Below, one piece after another: positions 1 to 12,750 of a stretch of 64,000 nucleotides of DNA. The notes beneath the pieces were generated by a model that saw only the letters and a list, made by a program, of their open reading frames with translations, searched no databases and was not told the origin of the DNA. The stretch covers positions 981,403 to 1,045,402 of the forward strand of contig NW_003314327.1 of the NCBI RefSeq assembly GCF_000143415.4, in the 5' to 3' direction. Both the position numbers and the translations under genes were made by a program. The stretch comes from Selaginella moellendorffii. Lineage: Eukaryota; Plantae; Lycopodiophyta. How positions within the stretch are numbered: the first letter of the stretch is position 1; each line of letters starts with the position of its first letter.

Positions 1-2697
1 GTTTACAAGTATCAGAGCTCCTGCTGTTAGATGACTTCCTCTTCCCTGGCGTGAGACAAAAAGGTCAATTTGGTTTTTCTAATGTAAAGCTCTACCTGAG
101 CAAATTCCTTCGGAGCGACTTTTCTGTGTCACCACTTCTATGCAAGAGCGACCTGAAGGAGGAGCTTGCACTGAGTAGTCTTCAAGAGAAACCACTGCGT
201 TCTGTAGCAGAGGTTAGTAAGCATTACAGTTTACTCACGTGCAAATACCTGGCCAACACAAGCGTAAAGCCACTCGATTGTGACAGCCGGAATACCAAGT
301 AGAACTGCAGCTTGAAATTTGTCTCCATCCCCCGCTTTACACAAAAGATGCGTTACCTTCTTCGTCAAGGTGTTGTTGAATTTTGCGCCCAGAAGACCGC
401 AAAGGTGACGGCATAATGTCCGATCTTTATCATCGTATTGAGAAATGCATAGTCTGAAGCTCTCAAAACCAGGTAGCGGTATTCTGCAGGGTAAGGGACG
501 GTACAAAACGTGGCCCTTAGTGTCAAGCAGCTTCCCCTCCTAAACTATAACCATTGGTACAAAATAAATCACAGAAAACAACTCTCACCAGAAGACACTG
601 TTGTAGCCAATGTATGGACACGATGGAGACGTTGAGCTTTGGTGATGGAGAACCGTGGAAACCGATCAAGTAATCAGCTTTGCTGCATGCATCTTCAAAA
701 GCCCCTCCAGCCGCTTTAATACCTTCAACAATTTCCTTTTTGATCACCTGTTTGGAAGAACAATGTCGGGCCTCATAAGAAGAAAAGATCAATACCTCGT
801 AACAACTGGTCTTTTCTAAGAATGCGAAAGTGACACCGGAAAATACGCCTTTCTCCTTCTGTTCCTTCATATCAGAATTTGCAGCAGAAACAGTTTCTAG
901 GACGACTGCAGTTGCGGGAGATATGTCGAGGGACTGCACACGGTGAGGTTTCTGAGGAAGCACATCGGAACTAAGGCTCCCTGCCGAAAGCAAAAAAGGT
1001 TATGAGATGCAGAGAAAGGTTTAGTACCTGGCAGCATTTGAGATGGAACGTGTGTATTAGCAACACCAATTTCTTGCCGAGTTTGTGCACACTCCTCAAG
1101 CCAGGCTGAGGTGACAACTTGTATTGCACCTCCTGCAGTAGCCCGTTGAACGCTCTTAACCTCACTGGTTTCACAAATAGGATGTAAAACATAATAGAGA
1201 GAGGAAAAAAAAAGGGAGGCTTACCTGTCGGATACACTTCCCAGAACAATATGAGTAACTGTCTTATTCAGCTCTATGTACCTTGTGGCTCCACCATCCA
1301 AAACAATATCTACAAGACGCTTCATGTCATCCGGCTGAAAGCCTACTATGTAGAAGCGACAGTTTGCAAGGTACGAATCAGCTTCTGTCCGGCCGCTTCC
1401 TTGCAGAGGCTGGACAACCTGTAAACCACCTGAATGACACTGATTGGCCACAACCTGATAACTGATGCTTTCCGGCATGTCATCGACCACGCTAGTGTCA
1501 TTTCTCGCTTGCACTGTAACTGGGAACAAGTCCTCGTCGAGACAAACTGCTTACGGAAATGCTGTTAGCGCATCATCCTTTTGTCATCATCAATACCTTG
1601 TGAGGCTAAACTCTGCCATAGCCAATCCTGGTTAACAACCTTGATCGTCCCCCACGTTTTTGAAGCCAAAAACTTTTCCCCGTCGGGCGAGTGTTTCATG
1701 TCAAGGAGTTTTCTTTGATGAACGATAAAAACCAGCAATGGATATGGTAGCTATGAGATGTGTGCATTCCTTGGTCAGGTTAGGGGAGTAGGATGCCCCG
1801 TTCTGGTTTGCAGCTTCAGCTATCCGCACCCGCACGTCTATCACAACGGTCGCAATAACTCAAATTAGCCATGTACAATAGATAGCAGCAACACGTACCA
1901 ACGGGTACCTGTGTCGCACAAATGTTGAGACCAGACAGGGGAGAGAGCTTGTGAGGTCGATGAGGGACAAGCTGGTGTTCCCGAGAGCACAGTTCCAGCC
2001 AGCTCAAACCAACAACAGGCTTCTTTTGTTGGCATGCTACCTGCCATGTAAGTTGCCCAGGAGCTGGGTGGGATACATGTATGAATGAGAAAAGAACCTG
2101 ATACGCTGGACTGGAGACACCTTTAGCAATTACAAAGTCGGTGGACGAAGAGACGCTGGCATCCAAAGTTCCGCACATGGACGTCACAAGCCACTCGATC
2201 TTGGACTGTCAAGGAATGTAAAGATTGCTATCGTCTCAGGCAGGCACGAGGGATGGCTACCTTGAGCTTTGAATCATCAAAGCCGGTTGCGTGGACACGG
2301 ATGCCCTCCAACGCGAGGCAGCAAGTACAAGGTCGCCTGGGAAGTGGCTTGCTCATTTTGGCGCACTGGAAAACACATTGAGGGCCTGCGCATGGAGTGA
2401 GTAGCACTAGGCCGAAAAACTAAGTAGCTTACCAAGGATCTGGCACCCTTTGTCTTGCAACGAGCGGGCTTTGTCCTGCACGAGAGCTAAGGCAGCTAGG
2501 GCAAAGAGAGAGCGAGAGAGAAATACCGAGTCGGGCGCGAAGAGGACGTGGAAATCAAGCGACGAGTGCGCGGATGGATCGCAGCAGATGTTGACCTGGG
2601 CACCGTGCTGCCGCAGGATGTCGTGCAGGCTGTCGATGACATCCGGTGGCAGCAGATTGCGCGAGAGGTAGAGCTTGTCCCCGGCGAAGAGCGCCAT
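1..2697 (-). CDS. TOPBP1: Multi-BRCT DNA topoisomerase II-binding protein (TOPBP1/MEI1-like), multi-exon, 3' end runs off the window
   Basis: Successive exons encode BRCT repeats (FYIVGFQPDDMKRLVDIVLDGGATRY..VTHIV; LCISQYDDKDR..LGAKFNNTLTKKVTHLLCK..GDKFQAA..VTIEWL; ECTHLIATSPDGEKF..W); ATG at 2697; GT-AG introns plus one AT-AC intron. Confidence 0.85.
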
Positions 2698-3181
2698 GGC
2701 CGTGCCCTAATAGGGCAGACAAAGCGCGGGAAGATCCGCAGCGAATCTGAATCGAATTTGAGTGTTTGTACTGGAGGCATACTAAAGGTGTGCGCATTTA
2801 GCATTGAACCAAGGGGTTGACCGAGCGATGGCCACACCAGTGACCGGTCCAACGTGGGCCACGTGGGCCAACTCCAAGTCAAACGTGTGCTGCTGTTGCT
2901 GCTGCTGCTGCTGGTGGCGTTGGGAGTGAACTGGGTAGGTGGTCGCAGCGACCAGTAAGTATGCTTCTTTCTTTTCCTGTATCTTTATAAAGACTGCCAC
3001 GATTCTTCTCCTCAATGCTTCCCTGGCGGAGCATTCCACCCAGTTCTCCCTTTTGGCGCGGCGGAGGCGACTGAGAGAGAGAAGGAGAGAGATCGAGATC
3101 GGGGACGGAGAGAGCAAAGAAAAAAGGAAAGCAGCGCAGCGTGGACCAATTCTCGCCACCCAGACGGGCAGATGGCTTCTC

Positions 3182-3185
<4 letters not shown>

Positions 3186-3212
<27 letters not shown>
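3186..3212. repeat. (AG)n microsatellite in the divergent TOPBP1/4CL promoter region
   Basis: agagagag... run seen directly. Confidence 0.9.
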
Positions 3213-3217
<5 letters not shown>

Positions 3218-3480
3218 GAGTGTTAATTAGCAGAGCCAGGGGCATCTTCGTAAAACTATAGTTTTGAGAGGAGCCGGGTAAAAATCAATTCCCAGGGAGG
3301 AGGCCGAGATTCTCGTGGGTGGCGTCGTGGTGGTTCCACAAATCCAGTCGGCTGCGTGCTTTGCGTGTGCTTAGAAACGAGAGCGATTCCGGAGAGTTGA
3401 GCAGGGAGCTTGTTGCTCTCGCTCATTCCTTGGCCCCCCCCGGGTTTGGATTGTCAGATTTGCATCCAGGAGCTGTTGCC

Positions 3481-5339
3481 ATGGCGACGGATCAGCATGT
3501 GGCTGCGGAGTACATATTCAGGTCCAAGCTCCCCGATATTCAGATCCCCAATCACGTTCCTCTGGCCACGTACTGCCTGGAGCGTGCAGCGGCAGATCCA
3601 GAGCTGGGCGGCAAGGCGGCGCTCATCGATGGGCCGACGGGCACGCAGATGAGCTACGCGCAGCTGGGCGTGGCCATCCGCAGGGTCGGCGCTGGGCTGG
3701 CCAAGCTGGGAATTGGCAGGGGCGAGGTGGTAATGCTCCTGCTTCCCAACAGCATCGAGTTCGTGCTCGTGTTCCTGGGCTGTGCGGTGAGGGGCTGCGT
3801 CGCCACCACCGCCAATCCCTTCTACACCCCGCCCGAGATTGCAAAGCAGGCCAAGGCGTCGGGCACCAAGCTCATTGTGACGCTGTCCACGTATGTGGAC
3901 AAGGTGTCGGGCATTGCAGAGGTGATGAGCATCGACAGGGAGGTGGAGGGCTGCCTCCACATATCGGCGTTGACGCAGGCGGACGAGGGCGAGTGCCCCG
4001 CCGTGGACATCCAGCCCGACGACGTGGTGGCGCTGCCATTCTCGTCGGGCACCACCGGCCTGCCCAAGGGCGTCATGCTCACGCACAAGAGCCTCGTCTC
4101 CAGCATCGCCCAGCAGGTGGACGGTGACAACCCCAACCTCTACATGACGCCCAGCGACGCCGTCCTCTGCGTCCTCCCCATGTTCCACATCTACTCGCTC
4201 AACTCCATCCTCCTCTGCTCGCTGCGCACCGCCTCCACCATCGTCATCATGCCCAAGTTCGACCTCACGCAGCTCCTGGAGCTGGTGACGCGCTACTCCA
4301 TCTCCATCGCGCCCATCGTGCCCCCCATTGTGCTGGCGCTGGCCAAGAACCCCGCCGTGCTGGCCTACGACCTCAGCAGCATCCGGATGGTGCAGTCGGG
4401 CGCCGCCCCGCTGGGCAAGGAGATCGAGGACGCATTCAGGGCGCGTCTGCCGCGGGCCACCATCGGGCAGGGCTACGGGATGACCGAGGCCGGCCCAGTC
4501 GTGGCGCTGTGCCTGGCATTTGCAAAGCACCCCTTCACCGTCAAGCCCGGCTCCTGCGGCACAATCGTGCGCAATGCCGACGCCAAGATTGTGGACCCGG
4601 AGACCGGCGCGTCGCTGCCGCGCAACCAGCCGGGGGAGATGTGCATCAGGGGCCCCCAGGTCATGAAAGGTACTTAATCAATCCATTTGCCATCCCGGAA
4701 ACCTAAAATTCACGTAAATGAAATACTCAGGCTACCTCGGCGATCCCGAATCCACGCGCTCCACCGTGGACAAGGACGGCTGGTTGCACACTGGTGACGT
4801 GGCTCTCATCGACGATGACGACGAGGTGTTCATTGTGGACCGGGTCAAGGAGATTATCAAGTACAAGGGCTTCCAGGTAATCTTGGGTCGCTTTCCCTCT
4901 CACGCGCATTATTTTACCTTCAGGTGGCTCCCGCGGAACTGGAAGCGCTTCTCATCTCCAACCCATCCATTGCCGACGCTGCAGTCGTTGCGTAAGCCTC
5001 TCCCGTGTCTTTGTCTTTGCTTGCTGCAATGCTCTCTAACGCGTGCACGTCACCTTGGCAGCAAAAAAGACGATCTAACGGGCGAAGTGCCGGTTGCGTT
5101 TGTCGTGCGGGCGGCCGACTCTCACATCTCAGAGGACGACATCAAGGGCTTCGTCTCCAAGCAGGTGAGTTGGCTTGGGCAAGCGAGCGAGCGCATCCCC
5201 CGTCCCGTGTACTCACCGCACTCTCTGTCAGGTTGTGTTCTACAAGAAGATACATTCCGTCTACTTCGTCGATTCCATCCCCAAGAATCCATCCGGCAAG
5301 ATCCTTCGCAAGGAGCTCAGAAGTAGACTTTCCTCTTAG
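3481..5339 (+). CDS. 4CL: 4-coumarate:CoA ligase; exons ~3481-4669, 4731-4876, 4924-4991, 5062-5164, 5232-5339
   Basis: [11 protein letters not shown]-terminus, box [23 protein letters not shown], box [30 protein letters not shown]; canonical GT-AG junctions. Confidence 0.95.
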
Positions 5340-5608
5340 GTGTTACGATTCGTTGTCACAAGTCGACTATTTATTTTATACTTGCAGGGCTCGCACGCTC
5401 TTTTTGCTTGTACATTTGATTCAGGGCAACGTAGCTAGCTACCACAAAACAAAATCACATTGCCTGCGCGGCGGTGGAGGTGGTCAGTCAGGTTGCTTAC
5501 ACGGTAAGGCTAGGTGTGTTTGTTGGCTGTTTAGCTACATGTACACGGTGGCTAGCCAGTATATATACTGCGCTGCGTGTATATATAAAAGCCGGCGCGC
5601 GCCTCTCT

Positions 5609-7526
5609 CTACTCGTCTGGTTCGTGTTCCAGCAGCACCTCGTCGATATTAAACAGCTCGTCTTCCTCGTCGCCCATCCACTCGCCCCTCTCCTCAACCT
5701 CGTGCGTCTTGTCGCAGATGCACACCCGGGGGTTCTCAAATATGTCCCGCCTCGACGACCTCTCCATGGGATCCCCCATGAACCCCTTCTGCAAGCTCCG
5801 GAGCTTGGCTGCGAACTGCTCCCACCCCATCTCCTGCCTCAGACCAAAGAACGAGCCCAGCTTCTTTGCATTGGGACGAATAGTTCTCTTGTGGCCGGCA
5901 TAGCGCCTGTGCGCAAGACAGCACGGAATCACGTTAGTTCTCGCGTGTGACAAGCTCACCTGTGGCCAGCTAGAATGCGTGCCATGTTGCCGTTGTTGTT
6001 GGTCACAAACACGTCACTCTGATTGCACACGATGTAGTCAATGGCTGCCATTCGCGACGAGTATCTGGAGAATTGTTCCATCTCCTTGTCACTGGCCAGG
6101 CTCTCCTTGGTGAAAAAGTGGGGGAACAGGGCCCGCAGGGGGGCCAGTGTCGATTCCCCTCCGTAGATGTCACCCGATGCAACGTAGAGGTACGTCTCGT
6201 TGCTGAAGCCTAGCGCCCGCAGCATCAGGCCTACTTCCATGGGTGTGAGCGGACACTTGCCGTTCCTCCGCTCCCTTTCGGGACTTCGGACCTGAAGAAC
6301 CACCCACAAAGCACAAGCCGTTGGCGTCGGCTACCAAGCACACAAGGTGTCCACCTACACGTAAGTTTTTCCACCGCTTCCGGATGCTTGCCAGCTCCCG
6401 GACCTCTCTGTCGCCCCCGCCATAGTAGCACCCTGAAAACGCCAACATATCAGGCTCGTACCTACAGGCAGTTAGCGCGTCGTGAAACAAGCACACAAAC
6501 CAGCCCATGCCCACCTCAGGTGTAGAGCAATAAACCGGCCGCCGCTCATAGATTTCATCCTCTGCACCAGCGTGCGGCCCATGCCCTCGATTGGACCTGT
6601 AAACTGCAGCGCATCGTAGTTAACCCGGCACCGCAGCTTCTGCAGGTCCGTGGAGAGATTGTTGGCAAGCCTGTAGTCGAACTTGGTAAGGCGCACTGCC
6701 TGCACTTGCCCGTGTAGATCGCATTAGGACGGATCCGTTTCCCAGGACATCTCTCTTACGTTCTTCCTGACTAGCGTAGGGAGCACCGATTTCTGGTAGT
6801 AGTGAGGGGTGCTCTTACGGGGGACTCGCAGAGATATGGGGTTCTTGAGACGCGTTGGCAACTCCTTGACGATCCTCACGTCCTGCGCAAGGGTGGCGAT
6901 GAACCAGTCGATATCAAATATGTCGCTAAAGTTGCTGCACACGGGAAGCTTGTCTGTCTTGTGAATGCAGGCAAGTTAAGTGATCGAACCTGTTGTCCTT
7001 CCAAAAGGAGGTGTGGTCCAAGCTCGGAACTACAAGCGTCGCGTTTAGAATTCTCGCCACAACAACAGCATCCGTTATCTGCAAGCATCCGACGAGTGAG
7101 AGGTGCTCTGGGATGCACGACTTACACCAATTCGCTGCTGGTTGAGCCCTCCGCTTGCTTGGATGAGCAAGAAGCCATTGGTGGCGTAGGGCGGGCCCGA
7201 ATAGTTGCTACTGGGCTTGTTGCAACCGTAGTAGTAGTCTGCGAGCTTGGAACTCCAAATGTTATCGCTGGTGCTGCTCTGGAGAGGAGCCGTGAAACAA
7301 AGGAATGCAAGTGACCTCTGCTTACCGGGGGCACGTCGCTGAGATCTTGGGCTGGAGTGAGTGGTGGCGCGCGCTGCTCCTCTTGGGTCCATCGCAGCTG
7401 CCGGGGGTCGTGATCCAGATCAAGAAAGCGTGTGGCCAGAATGGAGAGCGAGGCTACCACCACAAGTGTGAGGCCACACAAGAGGAGCCTGATCGACGGC
7501 AGCCAGCTGCGTTCCCTTCGCGCCAT
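5609..7526 (-). CDS. Plant O-fucosyltransferase family protein (GT106/DUF246), multi-exon
   Basis: N-terminal TM anchor; SGGLNQQR, FSDIFDIDWFI, LQKLRCRVNYDALQF, FIALHLRYEPDMLAFSGC, GKCPLTPMEVGLMLRALG, AAIDYIVC..SDVFVTNNNGNMARILAGHRRY. Confidence 0.93.
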
Positions 7527-7563
7527 GCTCGCCGCAACCCATGGCGAGATCACTCCATAGCTT

Positions 7564-7580
7564 AAACCCTAGTTAGGGCT
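7564..7580. promoter_or_regulatory. Telo-box (AAACCCTA) with an inverted partial copy in the 64-bp spacer between head-to-head start codons
   Basis: aaaccctagttagggct between the OFUT ATG (7526, -) and the VPS29 ATG (7591, +). Confidence 0.5.
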
Positions 7581-7590
7581 GTGAGAGGCG

Positions 7591-8289
7591 ATGGTGCTGG
7601 TGCTGGCGCTCGGGGATCTCCACATTCCGCACCGGGCGCCAGATCTGCCACCCAAGTTCAAGTCGATGCTGGTGCCCGGCAAGATTCAGCACATCCTCAG
7701 CCCTGGCAACCTTTGTATCAAGGTAGGCAAGGAAACAGGGTTTTGGTGCGCGCGCTAAAGCTTGCTAAGCCTAGGAAATCCACGACTACCTCAAGAGCCT
7801 GTCTCCGGACGTGCACATCGTGCGAGGGGAATACGACGAGGACAGTCGCTACCCAGAGACGAAGCAGCTGAGCATCGGAAGCTTCAAGATCGGCCTGTGC
7901 CACGGCCACCAGGTATAATTCACTCATCGCCCCTGATCTCCATCCATCTCCTGTGCTCTTGTGCTCTTCAGGTGATCCCCTGGGGCGACTTGGATTCCCT
8001 GGCAATGCTCCAGAGGCAGCTCGACGTTGACATCCTCATCACCGGGCACACGCACCAGTTCAAGGCGTACAAGCACGAAGGTGGTGTTATAATCAATCCA
8101 GGCTCCGCCACCGGAGCATACAGCAGCATCAGCTACGATGTCAGCCCCAGCTTCGTGCTCATGGACATTGATGGCTCCAGAGTTGTGGTGTACGTGTACG
8201 AGCTGCTCGACGGAGAGGTTAAAGTGGACAAGATCGATTTCAAGAAGCCGGCTGCTGCTGCCAGTGCTGCTGCCGCGGCATCGCCATAA
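7591..8289 (+). CDS. VPS29: Retromer subunit VPS29, 3 exons
   Basis: [36 protein letters not shown]; [49 protein letters not shown]. Confidence 0.97.
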
Positions 8290-8382
8290 ACAAGCACGTT
8301 GGGATTGATTGAATGATGATGAACACGACTTTGGCTATGTGTAAGTCAGTCTTGCAAGCTGGTGAGTGGAGGGGGAGGGGCT

Positions 8383-9642
8383 TTACGAGCTGCAGTGAAT
8401 GTGGGGGTAGACCTGGCACTTGATGATCTTGTGGTGCGCGCGGAAGCCCGGCATGATCATGAACTCCACCTTGAGCGGCGAGGAGCAGCGGCGGCAGGGG
8501 TCGTCGGGGACAGCCACGGGCTCCACGTAGAGCGGGTTGAGTTCACAGCCTTTGCCGACCCGAAGGATGGCGACGGGCGGGTTCATGGAGAAGGCCAACC
8601 TGTGTAGCAGCCACACGCCTTTGGCAACGTCCAGAAACGCGGCCGTGAACGCCTCCCGCTCCTCGACGCTCTTGAACAGCATTCTCATGTGGAAGAGCCC
8701 CCACATCTCTTTGGTCTTGGCCTGGCAGAAGCGCAGAAAGTCGGGCTCGAAGCAGCGGCTGCTGCTGTTGACCGCGTCCGCCACGTTGACCAGCTTCATC
8801 CGCTTGTACTCGCCCAGCCGCGCCGCGCACCGGGTGCCCGTGTCCAAGATGCTCGTCACCCCGCTCTCGTCAAAGTTGTCGTTCTCGAAGCAGTGGAAGA
8901 AAGCCTTGTTGATGCGTGAGTCGAGTACGAACGCCGTGTGCTCCTTCCTCAGGAATCCGCTCGACGCTTCCATGTCCGCCAGGGTGCGGCACACCGGATA
9001 CCCCGATACCTCCATCTGCTTGATAAACACGTTGCAAAAGTAGCGCATGGACAAGCGGGACCGTACCACCGCCATCTCAAACAGGAGCACCGTCGCCGAC
9101 AACTCCGCCGGCCCCTCACCCGCGGTCGTCACCGTCGACACACTGCTACAGCTCGTGGACGAGGCTGCCGAGGAGCGACATTCCATCTCGTGGAGCTGCT
9201 CCCGCTCCCTGCTGGACATCACCTGCATTTGCTCCAGCTGCCACTCGAGCATGTCGATGGTATCCTGCTTGTCCGCCAGCGCCGCCTGCTGCCTCTTGCT
9301 TAGCTCCACCAGCGCAGCCGCCCGCCTCCTGTCCCGCGGCTGCTGCTGCTGCTGCTGCTGCTGCCAGCACGACATGAGGCTGGTGATGACCCCCAAGGGT
9401 GCCCGCAGCGCCTGCAACCCCGCACGTCGACGAGGCCGCCTGCGCGCCTCATCCTCCCCCTCCCCCTCCCCCTCCTTGTAGAAGAGGGGATTCTCGTTGA
9501 AGCAACTCTCCCCACCTGGAATGCTCATGCTCTTTTTCCTTGTCGTCTCCGCGCTCCACGTCTTGACTTGTTCCAAGGAGCACAAGCTGTCGGAGTTGGT
9601 GTCGCTGCCACCAGCTGCTGCTGCGCTCCTGCAACCATCCAT
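8383..9642 (-). CDS. IRK-interacting / GIL1-like protein (coiled coil plus conserved C-terminal domain), intronless
   Basis: 419-aa ORF; FFHCFENDNFD, FLRFCQAK, AFLDVAKGVWLLHRLAFSMNPPVAILRVGKG, VEFMIMPGFR..IIKCQVY. Confidence 0.8.
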   Translation of the reverse strand: MDGCRSAAAAGGSDTNSDSLCSLEQVKTWSAETTRKKSMSIPGGESCFNENPLFYKEGEGEGEDEARRRPRRRAGLQALRAPLGVITSLMSCWQQQQQQQQPRDRRRAAALVELSKRQQAALADKQDTIDMLEWQLEQMQVMSSREREQLHEMECRSSAASSTSCSSVSTVTTAGEGPAELSATVLLFEMAVVRSRLSMRYFCNVFIKQMEVSGYPVCRTLADMEASSGFLRKEHTAFVLDSRINKAFFHCFENDNFDESGVTSILDTGTRCAARLGEYKRMKLVNVADAVNSSSRCFEPDFLRFCQAKTKEMWGLFHMRMLFKSVEEREAFTAAFLDVAKGVWLLHRLAFSMNPPVAILRVGKGCELNPLYVEPVAVPDDPCRRCSSPLKVEFMIMPGFRAHHKIIKCQVYPHIHCSS

Positions 9643-10075
9643 GCAAAAAGCCTACCTCCTCTTGCTGTACACAGGGAGGCCGCGCCGATCGGTTTCGCTG
9701 GCTGTGCTCCCCAACCAAATCCGCGCTTGCTAAATACATCTCACGAGATATGGGAATATCCTTCCGCTGCATTCATTTACACAAGGGGAAGGAAAACGCC
9801 ACCCCTTTTATTTAATTCAGACAGATATGAGAGAGAGCATTCCAATCCAGATCTCGGATCTCCCCAAGTTATTCTCTTGATTGAGCCCAGCCCATCCCGA
9901 GTCCCGAATTTCACTGGACGCCTACCTCCTACATGAGGCTGTTGACGAAATTGATAGCGCCAAAGAGGCAGGCGATGAGAGTGAAGACGAGCATGGCCAA
10001 GACGAGGGACAAGGACGCTACGCACATATCTAAGCTCGACTGCATCACCTCCATGCTCCAGGCGTGCTACCCTAG

Positions 10076-10603
10076 TCAGGGAGAGCTGGGGAGCCAGGAA
10101 TATTCTCCCCGATGCTCCGCCTTGCTCGCCTTGGTTGTTGCCGCCAGCGCGGGTATGCAGCTGGTGCTCCTCGACAGTTGCAGTCCCGACCTTGCACGGC
10201 GCACCAGCAGCTGCCTCATGGCGCTCGTTGCAGCGGCCACCGGGTTCTCCCGCACCGTAACGTTGAACTGCTTGCATATGTTCATGTGCACCTGGATTGC
10301 GTCCTCCACTGCTTTGCCACCACCACCACCCTTGATCCTTGCCTGCTCCTCCTTGACAGCCTCGGCACACAAGCCACACATGAAATGGCCGCAAAACTGC
10401 TGCTGTACCCGCTTCACGTAGCCGGCGGTGCATTCTTCTCCCAGTCCACAGCACTCACACTTGGTAACGTTGGTCGCCACCGCTCTCTTGTTAGCATCCG
10501 CAGCGGCTACAGCAGCCGCGGTTGCGATGACAGAGTCCGACACCACCCGATAGATGAAGCCATTGGATCGCTGCTTGGGACTAGAGGCCACCATCTTTGC
10601 CAT
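10076..10603 (-). CDS. DUF1677 family protein
   Basis: KCECCGLGEECTAGYVKRVQQQFCGHFMCGLCAEAVKEE...AIQVHMNICKQFN. Confidence 0.85.
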   Translation of the reverse strand: MAKMVASSPKQRSNGFIYRVVSDSVIATAAAVAAADANKRAVATNVTKCECCGLGEECTAGYVKRVQQQFCGHFMCGLCAEAVKEEQARIKGGGGGKAVEDAIQVHMNICKQFNVTVRENPVAAATSAMRQLLVRRARSGLQLSRSTSCIPALAATTKASKAEHRGEYSWLPSSP

Positions 10604-11010
10604 CGATCACCCCCACTCCCACTTTGGAGGCTGGCCCCTCTTATATACCGCTGCGGGTGCGGGCCGTGAATCTTTTCGCTTCCTGGCTGAGAAGCACGGC
10701 ACGTGTTCCCGGAGCCTTTTACACGAATCCACTGCATTGGGCGATTGCCAGGCACCACCTTGTGCCTCTGCATTCTAGTTGATCACGTGCTTGCTTCTTC
10801 CGCTTCAATCCGCTCCCGCCAATGCCCAACGTGTGTGCCTGCTTTCACGTCTCGTGAGTCGTGACGCACTGCGCTGCCTGCCCTCGTGACGCCCTTGCAA
10901 CTTGCGCTTCTACGTATTATCTAGGTTGTGGTGTCACCACAAAGAGCTTGCGCTTCTACGCATTATTTACGTTGTGGTGTCACCACAAAGACAAGCACTT
11001 GACGGACGAA

Positions 11011-12665
11011 TCATCCCTCGGCCATGGAAGTGTCCACGCTGCTCCCATAGATTGCTCTCATGGATGGCCGTGCCGGCTGGTTTCTTCCGAGCGGGAATCT
11101 CCAGAATGAATCGGACAACTCAAAAAAGATGTAAAAGAGCGCCGCAGACATGGCAATCAGCCCCGCCAGAAGTAAATATACCTGCCAATCTGAAGCGCAA
11201 GCAAGCATGCAACCAAACAACCGTCAAAAGTGAGGAATCAGGATCAACAATGTGCTTGCCTTTCCATGGGCCCGGAACGTTGGTTGCGGTTACTCGCACG
11301 TTTCCATCCGCTGACACCGATAGCAAAGCTCTGCGTACGTGGGCACCAGTTAACCAGCATATTTCTTCCAGCGGGTGGACAAAAACCTTGAGTTTGGAGA
11401 CATCTCTAACAACGTAATACCACATGTGTCAGCTCTCTCGACATACTGCCGCTTCTGCATGCTCTTCACCTCTATCACGGAAACAGCTCCATCCATGCCA
11501 CCACTGCACACAGCTCACAACATTCTACGTAAACACATCACACCCTTGCTCTTGCTTACAGTGCTAAGCGCTTCCCATCGCACGAGGTAGCCAGGGCTGA
11601 TATCTCACAGTCTAAAAACTTCTTGGATCCCAGCCTGCTCCACTTGGCAATCTCCCAGACTGCAACGTACCCCTTCCCATCTGCAACACAGTGTCAGCGA
11701 CAGAAAGTCTCGGCGGAAGAGGATAAGCAAAACCTCTGAAAGCAGCCACAAAAAGAAACGGATGAGATCCATTTCGTGAAAATCTACAGAATCCAAAGCT
11801 TTCGGCCTGGGAAATGCAAAACCCACAGTATTGTGTATGAGGAAGCTCGCCTTTGAACCAGCGCTCACCTTTTCCCGGTGTAGCGATGTCAACGGCATGG
11901 CCTTGTCAAGGTCCCATATGCGGCACGGGCCATCCTCCGACGTTGAAGCCAGCAGCGCTCCATCCAGGCTGCAAGCATACGCGTCTTGTGTGGCGCGTCA
12001 ACTCGCGGAATATTACCTGAAGTCCAAGTCTTTGATGCTCTTGTGTGCCTTGGGCTCGTCAATCAGAGTGGTAAGGCCGGGCCAGTCCAAAACACGCAGC
12101 CGGCCATCCTGTGCACAGCGCTACCACTCAACAGAATTGTGGACAAAGGCAGACAATTACCTTGCCTCCAAATGCGACGCGAGACCCATCTGCGCTGAAA
12201 CAAATCTTGTTCTGCTCCCCAAAACCATGGAACCGTTGCGGATCCATGTCAGGCGACCAGCTCAAGCTGCCTTGTTCAACCTGTACAAACCTGAAGGTGG
12301 CCGATACAAAAACTTTTTCAAGACAAAACGTCCCTCTTGCCTGCAGCTCGCCGCAAATGAGCAAAGAGCTCCATCACCAGAGGGATGAAACGCCAGAGCC
12401 TGAGGGGCCGCTTGGCAGGGGAGGACACAGGCCTGGCGATGCAACTGTGAGAACGGGGCCAAATTTTGCATCCGCTTACCTCGTCCTGGAGAAGCTTTTC
12501 GTCAAACGAGTATTTGGCAAGCTCGAGGCGGCCGTGGCCGCCGTCGGTTTTGGCGATGAGCAGCAGCGCGTCGCGGTCGATGCTGCGGGATGCTGCCCAT
12601 CCTGCGCAAGTGGCGGATCCGGTGGTGGAGGAGCACACGCCCAAGTAGCGCCGACGCGGCGCCAT
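11011..12665 (-). CDS. PHF1: SEC12-like WD40 ER protein, phosphate transporter traffic facilitator PHF1 type, multi-exon
   Basis: ALAFHPSGDGALCS..ICFSADGSRVAFGG WD blades; C-terminal WQVYLLLAGLIAMSAALFYIFFELSDSFWRFPLGRNQ resembles the PHF1 TM tail. Confidence 0.8.
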
Positions 12666-12750
12666 AGCAACTAAGCCCCCTTGTGCGTTTACCTTTTAGG
12701 CAGCACTAAATAAAAGGTGTATTAGGGCGCGCAGGGAAGGGTATGCAAGG

